Shown piece after piece: positions 50,757 through 63,097 of a DNA stretch of 64,000 nucleotides. This DNA is from Dimorphilus gyrociliatus. Taxonomy: Eukaryota; Animalia; Annelida. Position 1 is the stretch's first letter, and every line of letters starts with the position of its first letter. The notes below the pieces were generated by a model, which saw only the letters and a list, made by a program, of their open reading frames with translations, made no database searches and was not told the DNA's origin. The DNA lies in the NCBI GenBank assembly GCA_904063045.1, contig CAJFCJ010000005.1, positions 2,908,165-2,972,164 on the forward strand. Reading direction: 5' to 3'. Made by a program: the position numbers and the translations under genes.

Positions 50757-52448
50757 ATGTGGAAATACAATCAACAGATATTAACTGGTATTAATTTACA
50801 AAATCAAGAAAAGAGTGTTTTTGAACTAACCAATGCCAACTGGTTATTTTCTGTTTTGCTCGTTCAGTTAGGTACATCTTTTATACATGGTTTCAACATT
50901 TCCTGCTTCAATCTACCATATTACGTAGATATTATATTTATTGTATTTAAATAACATTAAATACGTGACTAAGCAATCTTAACAACTTCTTAAAGCATAT
51001 AATTTCTTCCATTAATGAAACACTTCATAAGCATTCTCTTTTTGTTGAAAAATATACTGCTATCTATACATATTCATCGTTTACAGCAGTAATTTATTTC
51101 GGGGCATTTTGCGGTGTTTTAATGTATGATAATTTATTCATAATAAATTAATTATTGCTAACTATTAAATACCTAGATTAATGAAAACTGTTGAGCAGTA
51201 TAATGATAGAAAAGTACTTTTATTAAGTCAACTATTCATATATATTGGTGGAATATTAGCGATATTTTCCATATTCTTAAAAGTATTATCATTAATGTTT
51301 CTCTCAAGATTTTTAATTGGTCTTCATCTTGGAATAACTTTTACACTAAGTACAAATTTCACATTTGAAATAACTCAGAATCGGTTAAAGAATATAAACA
51401 TTGGTCTACAGCAAATCGTATTTAATTTCGGTCTAATTTGCAGTAGTTTAATTAATCTATCCGATGAAATAGCTAAAGAAAATAGATGGCCACTAATAGC
51501 TATTATACAATTGGTACCCAGCTTGATTTCTGTATGTGCGTTAAGAATTCTACCCGACTCACCTGTTTTCCATTTAAGAAGAGATCAACATACCGATTGC
51601 ATTAATTCGTTAAAATTCTATTTTAAAAAGGCCAACATTGAAAAAGTCTTAAAGTGTATAGAAGCGCAAGAAGCACAAACTCATTCTTGTAGAATAAACG
51701 ATGAAAAATGGTCTAAGATGTTTCTAAGAATAAGACCATTAATAATTTGTTTTACGCTGTTAACTATACGAGAAATATCGTTAATTAATGGGGTTAGTTA
51801 ATATGTTATCTATGTCTCTTGTTTTCATTTCCTCTCTACTATATTACTTAAGATGTTGTTTCATTCTTTAAATAGATTCTATGCTTTTCTCAAAGTATTA
51901 ATGAAATTCTTCTGGAAGATAGGAATTTAGCTAATAAATATTCATTAACTTATTACGGAATTATATTTCTCTCATCAATCATAGGGGTACAATTTATCTA
52001 TAATATATTCTATACTTTATCTATATTATATCGAATATAAATTTAACAGATAAGCTTAGCTGACAAATTCAGGAAAAAGCGTCTATTATTGATATCTATA
52101 ATAGGCGTTATATTATGTAATATATTACTTTGTACAACTTATTACATTCTCGTAAAACCTGGAATGATAACAGTATTTATAGCCTTTTACTCAATTCTAG
52201 TAGCTATATATTCTCTTGGATTAGGGATAATACCATGGATTATAATTAATGAAATAATACCAAAAGACAATTTAAGGAAATATAAAAAAATTGTTCACTT
52301 ATTCTTTTGGTTTATTAATTTTTGTATTACTCTATTCTTTTTACCAGTTTTTTTACATTTTGGTGGAGTAGTGTTTGTATTTTCGGCAATATTCTTATTT
52401 TTTGGCCTAATATTTATTAAATTATGTATTTCTGATAAATTATATTAA
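50757..52448 (+). CDS. Highly divergent sugar-porter (SLC2/GLUT-like) MFS transporter
   Basis: About five exons join in frame (50757-50924, 50996-51122, 51177-51795, about 51877-51986, 52051-52448). Contains GTSFIHGFNISCFNLP, SRFLIGLHLG, LPDSPVFH and SLGLGIIPWIIINEI. Confidence 0.8.
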
Positions 52449-52583
52449 TTTTATAATTTGTATTAAAGTTATTTTTATTGCTTTTTTATGTAAATTCTTA
52501 ATTAATGTTTCTTCCAATACTTTTGAAAATATAACCACAAACCAGTCTAATATAGTAAGAGTGCCATCTATTTTATTTATAAA

Positions 52584-54031
52584 ATGTCGTGTCAAACAAC
52601 TACCTCAAAATTGACTTATAAGTTTCCCAAATTTAAAAGGAAATTTAAAAGGAGTAAGCAACAAGATCTTAGCTCGTTATTCCCAAATTTAGTATCTAAC
52701 TGGAGGTATTATACCGGTTTATTAAGAGGCCATTCGGTTTATTTAGATCTTGCTACGGGATTAGCATTACACAACGTGGTTAGTCCATTCAACAAAGTAA
52801 TATATTTAGTTTAAAACAATCTCTTTATATTTTTAAGAGTTTCTTTGGAAAAGGTACTTTGTCAAATAATAAACCTGATTTCAATATGTTGGAGACAAAC
52901 CGAGGTTTCAAAACGAAAGAGAGCTTACAAATTTTATCAAAAAGAAGGTTGTTGCTCTGTTATATTATCTTGATTCCAATATATAATTATGTATTTCTAC
53001 ATATAAACAAACAGATATTTAAGATATAAGAAATGGTCACAATTGGAAGCGAACATTGATAATGAACCATCAGATTATACAGATACTGAAGAATTTCAAC
53101 CATCAGTGAGGAAAGATGATAAAATAATGACTGAGGATATGGATTATAACGAACCAATCTGCGAAATCAACGAAGAAGACGATGATTCTTATTCGGAATA
53201 TGAAGAAAACTTTAATACGCCTGAAGACAATGAGTCTATCGATAAAAATGATTTGGATGAAAGATGTCTAACGGAAGAAACAGACGGCAATATTGTAGTT
53301 TTGGACGATTCTGATTTAAGCGATATGGAGAATCCTGGTAAAAAGTGGTTAACTGTTAGAAAAACATTACCATTCAATATGAAAGAAGATATTCAATTGA
53401 CATTGTATGAAGCCTTTTTTCTTTCCTACGCCCTGGGAGTTTTAGTGATAAAAAGTGAAAAGTATGTATATAAGTAAAGTATTTAATTTTCATTGCTAAT
53501 TAAACCTTATATATCTTATAGAGAAGAGGAATATTCAATAATCGAATTATGGAAAAAATTTTGTTCAATTGAAGAAGATTTTATTCAACTATATTCTGCT
53601 TATCACTATTTTAGAGGAAAGGGTTGGATTGTTAAATCAGGCATAAAATATGGAGCCCATTTTTGTAAGTAGCCCTCATAAGTAACAATTTTACCCAATT
53701 GTTTATATACCATGTCTTGTAACAGTGTTATATAAAGATGGTCCAACATATTTTCATGCAAGTTTTGCCGTTCAAATTTTTAAAAGCGATGAGAAATTGA
53801 GTTGGTTAGGTTTAAGTGCTTTAAATAGAATTCAAGAACAAGTTGGAAAGGTAAAAATATATAAATTTGAAAATCTTAAATTATTAATTTTTACTTTTAC
53901 AGGAAGTTTTAATATGTTATGTTACTGCGCCATCCGATATTTCTAATCCTAATTGTTTACAAAATGTTAAGATAAAGGAAATATTGTTAAAACGATGGAC
54001 GGCATCAATAGAAGAAGATGAACAGTCATAA
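52584..54031 (+). CDS. TSEN2: tRNA-splicing endonuclease subunit Sen2
   Basis: FFGKGTLS, IQLTLYEAFFLSYALG, AYHYFRGKGWIVKSGIKYG and LYKDGPTYFHAS (catalytic Tyr/His region), ending LLKRW. Confidence 0.94.
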
Positions 54032-54288
54032 CATAGTTACTTAATTTTGTAAATAAATTTTTGAATTTTCAAGTACAAATTATTTAATTTAATTTGCTTT
54101 TTCTATAATACCATTATTTTTTCATTTAAACATTAAGTATTATTTTATATTGGAATAAACAAAGAATCCGAGAATAAATTACTGTTGTTTATTCCTGTCG
54201 TATTTTAGGTGTACCTGTTTCTAACATGTACGACAAAAAACGAGACTGTGCGTGATTTTTTTCAGTTGGAAGACATTTTGCGTGAATT

Positions 54289-57200
54289 ATGGCTAGTAAC
54301 TATTTCAGTTTTGCGCCTGGAACTTCCCCATATAGGTTTGTGATTAATTAATTAGTCTAATTTTGTGTAGATAAAATTTGGGGCCGATTTTTTTTGTTTT
54401 TACCCCAAATATGAAATAAAGTAATCCTACTGCAAAAGAAAAAAGAGGTGGTCCTCAGAAATCAAGCTCTTTTGTTTTACAGCGCCCAGGCTGCTACCTA
54501 CCAACCTACAGCACAAGCTTATATTCAAACAGCACAAACTGCCTATGCTGCAGCAGCGAGACCAGCAACGGCAACTTATGAATATCAAGGAACCCAGAAC
54601 GCTTATGCGTACCGTCCAGCCGTGGTAATATCATACAATTTACATTTATTTTAATTTAGAGAATTTTTGATTATGTAGACAGCCGCCGCAACCTATGATA
54701 GTAAAGCCTATTACCAAGCCGCCGCCGTTGCAGCACCCGCTGTAGCCACATCATACTCAGTCGCTGAATATCCCTCTGCCGGTATAATATAAAATTTATT
54801 GCTGTCGTAAATATTAATTATATATTAATTATTTGTTTTTTTAGTGGCTGCTGCTGCACAAAATACAGCTAAAACTCAACCGACACCGGCGGCAGTCTCT
54901 ACTTACACCTATTCAGCTGCCTCCACAAACACAAATGCTGGAGCAGCAACTACAACATCAGCATCAAATACTGGCTACTCAGGCTACGACGCCGCCTTGT
55001 ATTCAGCTGCCACAAATTATTATCAACAACAACAGCAGCAAACAAAGAAAACGGCAACTAACTGGCATCAGTATAAAAAAACATCAGCAGGCGGACCAGC
55101 GTCAAATGTTGCAATTAAGAAGAAACCAGGTGGGCCACCTAAAAATCAACAAATGCAATACTGTGAGGTTTGCAAGATTAGCTGCGCAGGACCACAAACA
55201 TTTAAAGAACACTTGGAAGGACAGAAACACAAAAAGAAAGCTCAACAAATGTCTGCCTCATCAACAGCAGCGGCAGCAAAACCCACAAGAGGAGGTTCAA
55301 ATCAACTTCACTGTGAATTATGCGATGTTACGTGCACAGGAAGTGACGCCTACGCTGCTCACATCAGAGGAGCTAAACATCAAAAAGTAATGAAATTACA
55401 TGCTAGATTAGGAAAGCCAATTCCATCTGAAACACCAAAGATATTAGGTGGTCAAATGGAGCAAGCCCAGCCAATACCAACTAAGGTTGGATCAAGTAGT
55501 AGCACGACAGGCGTAGTGAAAAAAGTTCTTTCTGCTCCTAAAATTTCCTTTGTCGGAGGAACAACTTTAAAAACAACAGGAAATAAAGCCGAAGAAGTCA
55601 AAGCAGCTGGCCAAGGACAGGGTCAACAAAGAACAGAAATGGCCCAAGCACAAGCCGTCTGTGATTTGGTGGACGAAATTAAGTTAGCTAGCGACGTTCA
55701 GCCCGTTGGCCATGAATATATTGAAGAAGTACAAAACATGGGAAAAGTTGTTTCATTTCAGTGTAAACTATGCGATTGTAAATTTAATGATCCAAATGCG
55801 AAGGAAATGCATTTGAAAGGAAGAAGACATAGGCTCCAATATAAAAAGAAGGTTGATCCGTCTTTAAAGGTAGAGGTGAAACCTTCAATAAAAGCTAGAA
55901 AAGTGCAAGAAGAGAGAGTTAGAAGAGCAACTGCTAAAGAAGAATACTGGAGAAGGAAGGAACAAGAACAGCGCTGGAGAGAACAAATGCGAATGGAAGA
56001 AGAAAGGTACTGGGACGATTGGCAAATGAGGTCTATGGGCTCTGGTCCTGGTGGAAGACGTCCAGAAACGTCTGACGATCGTCACGTAATGGCGAAACAC
56101 AATAGCATTTATCCAACAGAGCAAGAACTACATGACGTCCAATCCATAGTTTCCTCTTGTGAAAGAGGATTAAAACTTGTATCTGATTATCTCGCTGAAA
56201 ACTGCCCTAAAAAAGAAGAAGAATCAATTGAAAATAAAGATGAGAATACAAATCAAAGGCTTCTAAAAGGAGTTATGAGAGTAGGAGTTTTGGCTAAAGG
56301 ATTACTCTTACAAGGAGATGTAGACGTAGAGTTAGTCGTTCTTTGTTCAGAAAAGCCAACAAACTCACTTTTGGACAAAGTCGCCGATAATTTATTGAAG
56401 CAACTACCAACAGTCAGTGAAGAGCATTATGAAGTTCGTCGAGTCGTCGAGGAAGCCGCCCTTATCGTTAAAGCTACAGGAAAGGATAAGTCTCCTGTTT
56501 GTACGGTCACGTTTACGGCGCCTTGCATAAGAGAAGAAAATGAAGGTTTGCAAATTCAGATCTTTTATATCGGAAATTACATAATCTTTCAGCAAGTAAA
56601 AAAAATCTTATCAAAATTTAAAACTGTTTTATTTAAAACTTTAATTCCCAAAACTGAACAAGGCCAGGGTATTGAGGAATTTTGCATAAAGCTGGGCAAA
56701 GTATATTTTCTTTGTTTTCGCAGGAATGTTTCTCTGTAAGTTCTTACAATTATTCGCAATGTTCCTCATACAAATGATGACATGCTCTCTATTCTTATGA
56801 CTTTATTTTTATAGCGAAATGGAGGCTTTTTGACCATATGCAAATTATTTTATTTTTTTATTTTTTTATTGTATTTTGGTCAAACACCCTACGAATTCGA
56901 ATTGTCTGTTGTAGAGAGTGTGTCCAAGGCCGATCCTCCTGACGTGCTCAACAGGCAAAAATGCCTCGACGCTCTTGCTGCACTTCGCCATACTAAATGG
57001 TTTCAGGTTTGTACCACGCAGCCTTCTCCAAATTTAATTCTATAGCATGTTGTTTGTTATCTATGAGTATATATATTCATACATATATACTGTATATCTT
57101 CAATTGTAATTTTATATATTCGTTGTTTAAATCTTTTCGAGTTAAATAACTAGAATCGTAATATGCGTAATTAAAATGATGGAAAATAGGCGATAAGGCT

Positions 57201-57852
57201 GTGCGGGGCATTGTTCTAAGATCACATATTGCTGCTGTTTTGTCACGTAAGCTTTTCTTTTACTAATTTTATACTGTTTTTATCCTTCGGGATATCAGGC
57301 AAAGGCGGCTGGAATGCAGACGTGTGTGATTCTAATAAGAGTGTTGAGGGATTTGTGCCAGCGAGTTCCGACGTGGATGCCTCTAAACCAATGGGCAATG
57401 GAACTTTTAGTGGAAAAGTGCATAGCTACTGGAGGACCACACATAAGCGTGGGAGATGGACTTCGAAGAGTATTTGAATGTATTGCATCAGGAGTACTTT
57501 TGCCAAAAGGTCCTGGATTGTATGATCCCTGCGAAAAGGAACCCAGTGACGCTGCCGAAAAACTAAGTCCGCAAGAAAGGGAAGACATAACAGCAAGTGC
57601 CCAACATGCCTTACGCCTAATAGCCTTCAAGCAAATTCATAAAGTATTAGGTATGGAGCAGTTAGTTGTTAAGCGACCTTCTACCACCACTAATCCAAGA
57701 AAAAGGCGCCTAACCGCAAGTAATAGTGAATTAGAAGAAGGCGGTAAGTTGTTTTAAAAGAATTTTTACCATTTTATTCATTTTTACTATAAACATTAGG
57801 TACGGAGAAGAAGGATAAGAAAGACGATGAAGAAAATGCGACTGATGAATAA
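54289..57852 (+). CDS. ZFR: Zinc finger RNA-binding protein (3 C2H2 dsRNA-binding fingers plus DZF domain)
   Basis: MASNYFSF start, [73 protein letters not shown] and [20 protein letters not shown]. Confidence 0.96.
56724..56735 (+). other. Candidate 12-nt poison microexon in ZFR
   Basis: TTTTCTTTGTTTTCGCAG|GAATGTTTCTCT|GTAAGT in the middle of a 369-bp intron. Inclusion creates TAG at the junction with the next exon. Confidence 0.55.
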
Positions 57853-58225
57853 ATCTCTCGTTAAGACTTTTTTCTACTTGTTGCATGCTTGCTATTTGTG
57901 AAAAATAATTGAAAACCCAAATTTTACATAGACTGAATAGATGGGAATATCGATAAATGTTTCGATAATGGGATAAAAACCGGCGTGAACTAATATTTCT
58001 CAGATAGGGTATTGAATAACGATACACATCCAAGTAATTATGATCAAATAAGATGTGTAAAACGTGATTCTGGCACGGGTATAGATTTCAAAGCGACTTA
58101 CTGCAACTATTAATTTATTCATGAACTGAGCTAATGTTACTCTTTTAATCTAATTTTCAGAAAGTAAGGTCGATCTATAATAAACAATTTAATTTTAGTG
58201 TTCATGGACCGTATTTTTTAGATAG

Positions 58226-59241
58226 TTAATTCGATTCTTCATGATTGTCTCGCCAATTCTCATAAGTCTGAATAGTTCTTTCAATAGTCCATAACGAGTC
58301 TGCCTCGGGTGTAAATGGATCATTCGACTTGACGTCGACAATTTCCATTGGTGTTGGCATTTTAAAGTAGAAAGCGTGAAGCATCATTCGATACGGTTCT
58401 GTGTCAGTTTTATTACTGTACATAAAATCGCCGACAATCGGGTAGCCCATTTCTTTGCAGTGCACTCGAAGTTGATGAGTTCTGCCTGAAAACAATACTG
58501 GACTAGAAATCAATAACTTTTATAAGCGCTTGAGGAAACCTGTAAATGGCACTAAAATAACTTTCGTCGCCGGTTGTCCATTATAATAACCGTACTGCAG
58601 AACACTCAATCCGGTTGACGCCGGACGTGGTTTTTCACAATTCTCATTGGTATAAGAGCACATTTTGTGAATTTCAGTGATACTTTTATCTCTACCAATT
58701 GCTAAGTCAAATTTAGTAAATTCGTCTGATTTCAAGTGTCCCCTGACCTATTGGAATTACTGTTAAGTTAAGTAATAAGGCTAATAGTTAAAGCCAATAA
58801 ATACCAAAGCTAAGTAATGTTTAGTGACAGTCCTATTCTGAAATGCTTTTGCTGCTGCTCTTGCAGTTCTCTTATTTGCGGCTATGCATAAGCAACCGCT
58901 AGTTGCGTGATCTAGGCGATGTACGAACCTAAAAGTTAAATTATTTATGAAATTTAGATTCTACAACGAATTATCTTCATTTACCTAAAACCAAATGCAC
59001 AATCGCTAATATAATCAGGGACGGAATTCTTGAGCTGTTTTTCTACAGTTATGTAATCTTTTTCATCGTTGCTATACACTTTAACATCATATCTTTTATT
59101 AATAACCAAAAAGTGTTGTGTTTTGTAAAGCACCTCAATATCGCTCATTCGTACAGGTTTTCCTCTGCCTTCACCTAAAAATTGCCGTATGTAGCACTTA
59201 TAATGCCACCTTAAAAATGAAAGGAACTCTCTAGCTTTCAT
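58226..59241 (-). CDS. RPUSD1: RluA-family RNA pseudouridine synthase
   Basis: [20 protein letters not shown] (catalytic Asp), [18 protein letters not shown] and RMMLHA. Start is either 59241 or the later MSDIEV. Confidence 0.92.
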
Positions 59242-59964
59242 TAATTAAAGATTCCAGGGGATGAAAATTATATATCATCTCTGGTATTTAATATCAAAAT
59301 TCTCTACTACTCGAAGAACACATGTAGTATGGGTTCTGCAATGTTCTAGACTGGTTCCTTTTGGTTTTCAAGTATACAATTGGTTCTTAGATACAACGTA
59401 TTAATTTGATATTACTATAGTCTTTAGTCGCTTTTGATAATTAATTTGAAGATGACATTGTTTATTTTCCTACATTAGTATATCAGTTATGAAACGTCAA
59501 CCCTTTCTCTAGAAAGATGAGCTGTTTTAAATATAAAGGTCTGAAATGAAAACAGACTTTAAACACCTTATGTCTAAAAGCAGATAGAGCCAAAAGTCTT
59601 GAGTGTGTGTGTGAGTGTCATAGAAAGAGCATTAAGAATGGAATATTTTAAAGAGGAATTGTCAGACTTTTAACTCATTTAGAGAAAATTCAGTGAGCTT
59701 TGTACATAGTAATATCTACAACAGATATAGAAAGAGTCATTCAATAGCTAAGTTCAGAGTATTAATGAAATTGTCAGCAAGCTACGCTTTTAACGTGATT
59801 ATAATTTCTAACCATTTCACAGAAATACACTATTCTTTTCTTTTTTGTGAAAGTTAACAGTTGCTTATGTTCTTTGTTGAATAATGACTTATTTATTATT
59901 GAAATCGTGTTTTGTTTATTATTTATACAGGAAAATTGATAGGCTTAATCTATTAATAAATTTT

Positions 59965-61128
59965 TTAGCGTGTTGTATACATGTCTTTATCGTCTGGATT
60001 TGACATATTTCTATCAGCTTTATCCTCCTTCAAGTTGTTCGATTTTTCAACAACCTTTGATTCATCCGAAAATGGGGCAGTCTAAAATGAAGAAGGAAAT
60101 CGATTAAATCTATAATTAAAGTAGATAATAAAAAGAATGCAGACTTTTTCTTGAATGATTTTTTTAATTTCCTTAACGCGCTCCTCTGGATCTATTGAGA
60201 TTTAATTAACTATTAATTAATATTATAAAAGCTAATAAAATTAATAAAAGTAGACATACGATTGGGTTTAACTAGAGATAAAACCTCTGTTTTTAGTTTA
60301 TTCCATCCTTTTGTAGATATGTTAACAGCTTCTTGAGGATAGCAAATTGCAGCTGCCGATGTCATGCCAGTAGCAGCAAACAGCGTCTTTCTGAATACTC
60401 CACCTGATAAAAAAAAAGATAATGCTTATTTTATATATATTTTTTTAATGGGCAATTTAACAATAAACCTTTATATCCCGCTATAATTCCAGTCATACCG
60501 GCTAGGGTAATAAGAGTTGCTCTAGGAAGAGTTCTTGTATCATCTTTAAATGTGTAAAGAGCCTCTAGATGATGAGAAATACAAGATTTTTTTGGTTAAT
60601 TAGATAATATTCATATATATAATAAACTTACCTTTACTGTGGCTTACACCAGTATCATATTTTTGTTTAATTTTTTCCTTAGCGTCCTTGACAAATAAGA
60701 GAATTCTAAAAATTGCTTTGTACTAATATTAATTAAATTATAAAAACCTGCACTGCAATGATTTGTCCCCAAATTGCCTGTCTAAATCTTGAAACTTGAA
60801 TATCGTAGGATGAGGGGGTATCGTGAACTATTTCAAATTCGACTTTTGGCTCATCATACATAGAGAGCTATAAACAAATTATAAGAACATCAGTCAAAAG
60901 AATTTTTAATTTCATTCATATTTCTTAGTCTATTTTTGTATTGCCGATGAGAAAATATATACTATATAATTATTTATTAGACCCCTATACTGATTATAAT
61001 ATTGTCTGCTGATATAGGGATCGGCACGAAAATGGGATACATTATTCATTTACCTCATTAACAGTTATTTTAGATTGATCATGTCCTTTACCACCTGACG
61101 TTAACTTTTGCAAAAATTTACTGGCCAT
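59965..61128 (-). CDS. APOOL: MICOS subunit MIC26/MIC27 (apolipoprotein O family)
   Basis: ITVNE|LSMYDEP, LPRATLITLAGMTGII..GGVFRKTL..AICYP and terminal SNPDDKDMYTTR* resemble APOO/APOOL. The 5' end is uncertain. Confidence 0.82.
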
Positions 61129-61423
61129 CACTAAATAAAAAGGGTAGAACGAGCTTCAATAATTGGGGACTAGACAAGATGATCTCTTTAACTTTTGTAA
61201 TGTCAAGGTCGAAGGAATTTAGTCTCGCGTTAAATTTTGTAAGCGGAAAATTTGAAAAGACAGCAGGTTCATAAGGTATGGCGTCTCGTTATTTTGCTGT
61301 TTGTTATCAAATTACTGTACTTTGAACTACATTGTTCAATGACCCTTTCACGAGTGTAGGTATTACAGTATATAAATGGCTGGCGCGTAGCTTTTGTCAC
61401 TCCTACAATTCACACTCTTCGAG

Positions 61424-62931
61424 ATGTCTCTTTTGAGGGTATTTTTTTGGCTTACGTACTTTATTATATTCGATTCCGAAATTACAACATCATCTACTTT
61501 CAAAGCCGCAGTATATGACAAACCAATAATACCAATATCCTACGATACAAAGAATTTTAGTCAAGCAATTCTTAATGAAACCTTAAAGATTTATAAAGAA
61601 AAAGCCGACGAAGCTCGCAAGGCGGTACGTAACTTTATCATTGATTAATTAAACAAATGTTTATCAAACTATATCTATTGTTTTAAAAATAGGGAGTGGA
61701 AATCTTAGTTTTTCCCGAAAATGGACTTCTTCCAGTTGCAATCCGAACAAGAGAATCAGTATATCCTTTTCTAGAGGATATCCCTTCTCCTAGTTTTGGC
61801 GAGAATGCTTGCCTAATGCCCGAAACTTCAAATAACTATATTCGTCGAACTTTATCTTGTCTTGCAAGAGATTATTCAATGTATATTGTCGCAAACGTGG
61901 GAGATAAAAAGTATTGTACAGCATCGGATGATGGCTGTCCACCGGACGGAAGATTCCAATACAATACTAACATTGCGTTCGATCCAAATGGTGTACTTGT
62001 AGCAAGATACCATAAGAAAAATCTCTTTGGAGAGAGATATTTCAATACACCAAAGCACACAGATATATCATTTTTCTCCACGCCGTTCGGTGTTGTTGGA
62101 AATTTCATTTGTTTCGACGTAGTTTTCCAAGAACCAGCAATAGATCTTATAGAAAAACATAATATTGATATCGTGGCCTTCCCAACTGCTTGGATGAATG
62201 TTCTACCATTTTATTCAGCAGTACCATTTCATTCATCCTGGTCATACGTTATGGGAGTTTCATTCTTATCTTCCAATCTTCGGTTTCCTCCAATGAGATT
62301 CTCCGGTAGTGGTATCTATGCTCCCGATGGTGTTAAAGTTCATAGAAATGACGATACGGTATTCGATGGAAAACTTTTAGTTAGTGATGTCAAAAAAGGA
62401 AGAAGAAATATTATTTATCACCAAAAAATTGAATTTAACGGATTCGTTTCATCCGAAGAGACTTTCCAGTCACAAGTCTTCGGAGATAATTATACAATGT
62501 CCTTACTCCCTCAAGAGGAATCTTCTGGAACTGTTAGAGTTTGTAATAATGGACTTTGCTGTAAAATTGACTATGAAAATCGAACAAAAACTGAGAAAGA
62601 TAAATTCGCTTTGGGAGTATTCAAAGGCATGCACTTTAAGGAAGGAACTTACTATCTGGAAATGTGCCTTTTATTAAGGTGCGCAGACTATAATGACGTT
62701 TCGTCCTGTGGCCAATGGACAGAAGAATCAAGTACAAAATTTGACTACTTGAATATTCAAGCAAACTTGACATCAAGATACGCCTTCCCAGTCTATGTAT
62801 CAGAAGGTATCAGCCCATCAAGCGGTGACTGGTCCTACGACGGATACAGCCTGATATCAAACGGAGCTCAGAAACCACTTTTAACGGCTGGTTTCTATGC
62901 TAGATGTTTCGATCTCGATCCAGAGATTTAG
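61424..62931 (+). CDS. Vanin/pantetheinase-biotinidase family amidohydrolase, secreted
   Basis: Signal exon 61424 to about 61626 spliced to GVEILVFPENG. Nitrilase triad E (FPE), K (YHKKNLF) and C (FICFD); DGRFQYNTN; vanin C-terminal domain with CNNGLCC. Confidence 0.93.
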
Positions 62932-63097
62932 ATTAAATCATGAACAAGAAAAGAAGAAGATTTTTTATTACATAAACAATTAGATTTATATATCAATGAA
63001 TCATTTTTTGAAGAAAAGATATGCTTATTCCTAAATTTCTTATCTCTTTGTATTTATTATAATATTTTTACACGTTATCTTCCTCTTTCTATGCTTA

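Noticed and set aside
56770-56810. ATGATGA box C-like motif in the ZFR intron
   Set aside because: The nearest CTGA lies inside the next coding exon, so no intronic C/D snoRNA can be drawn.
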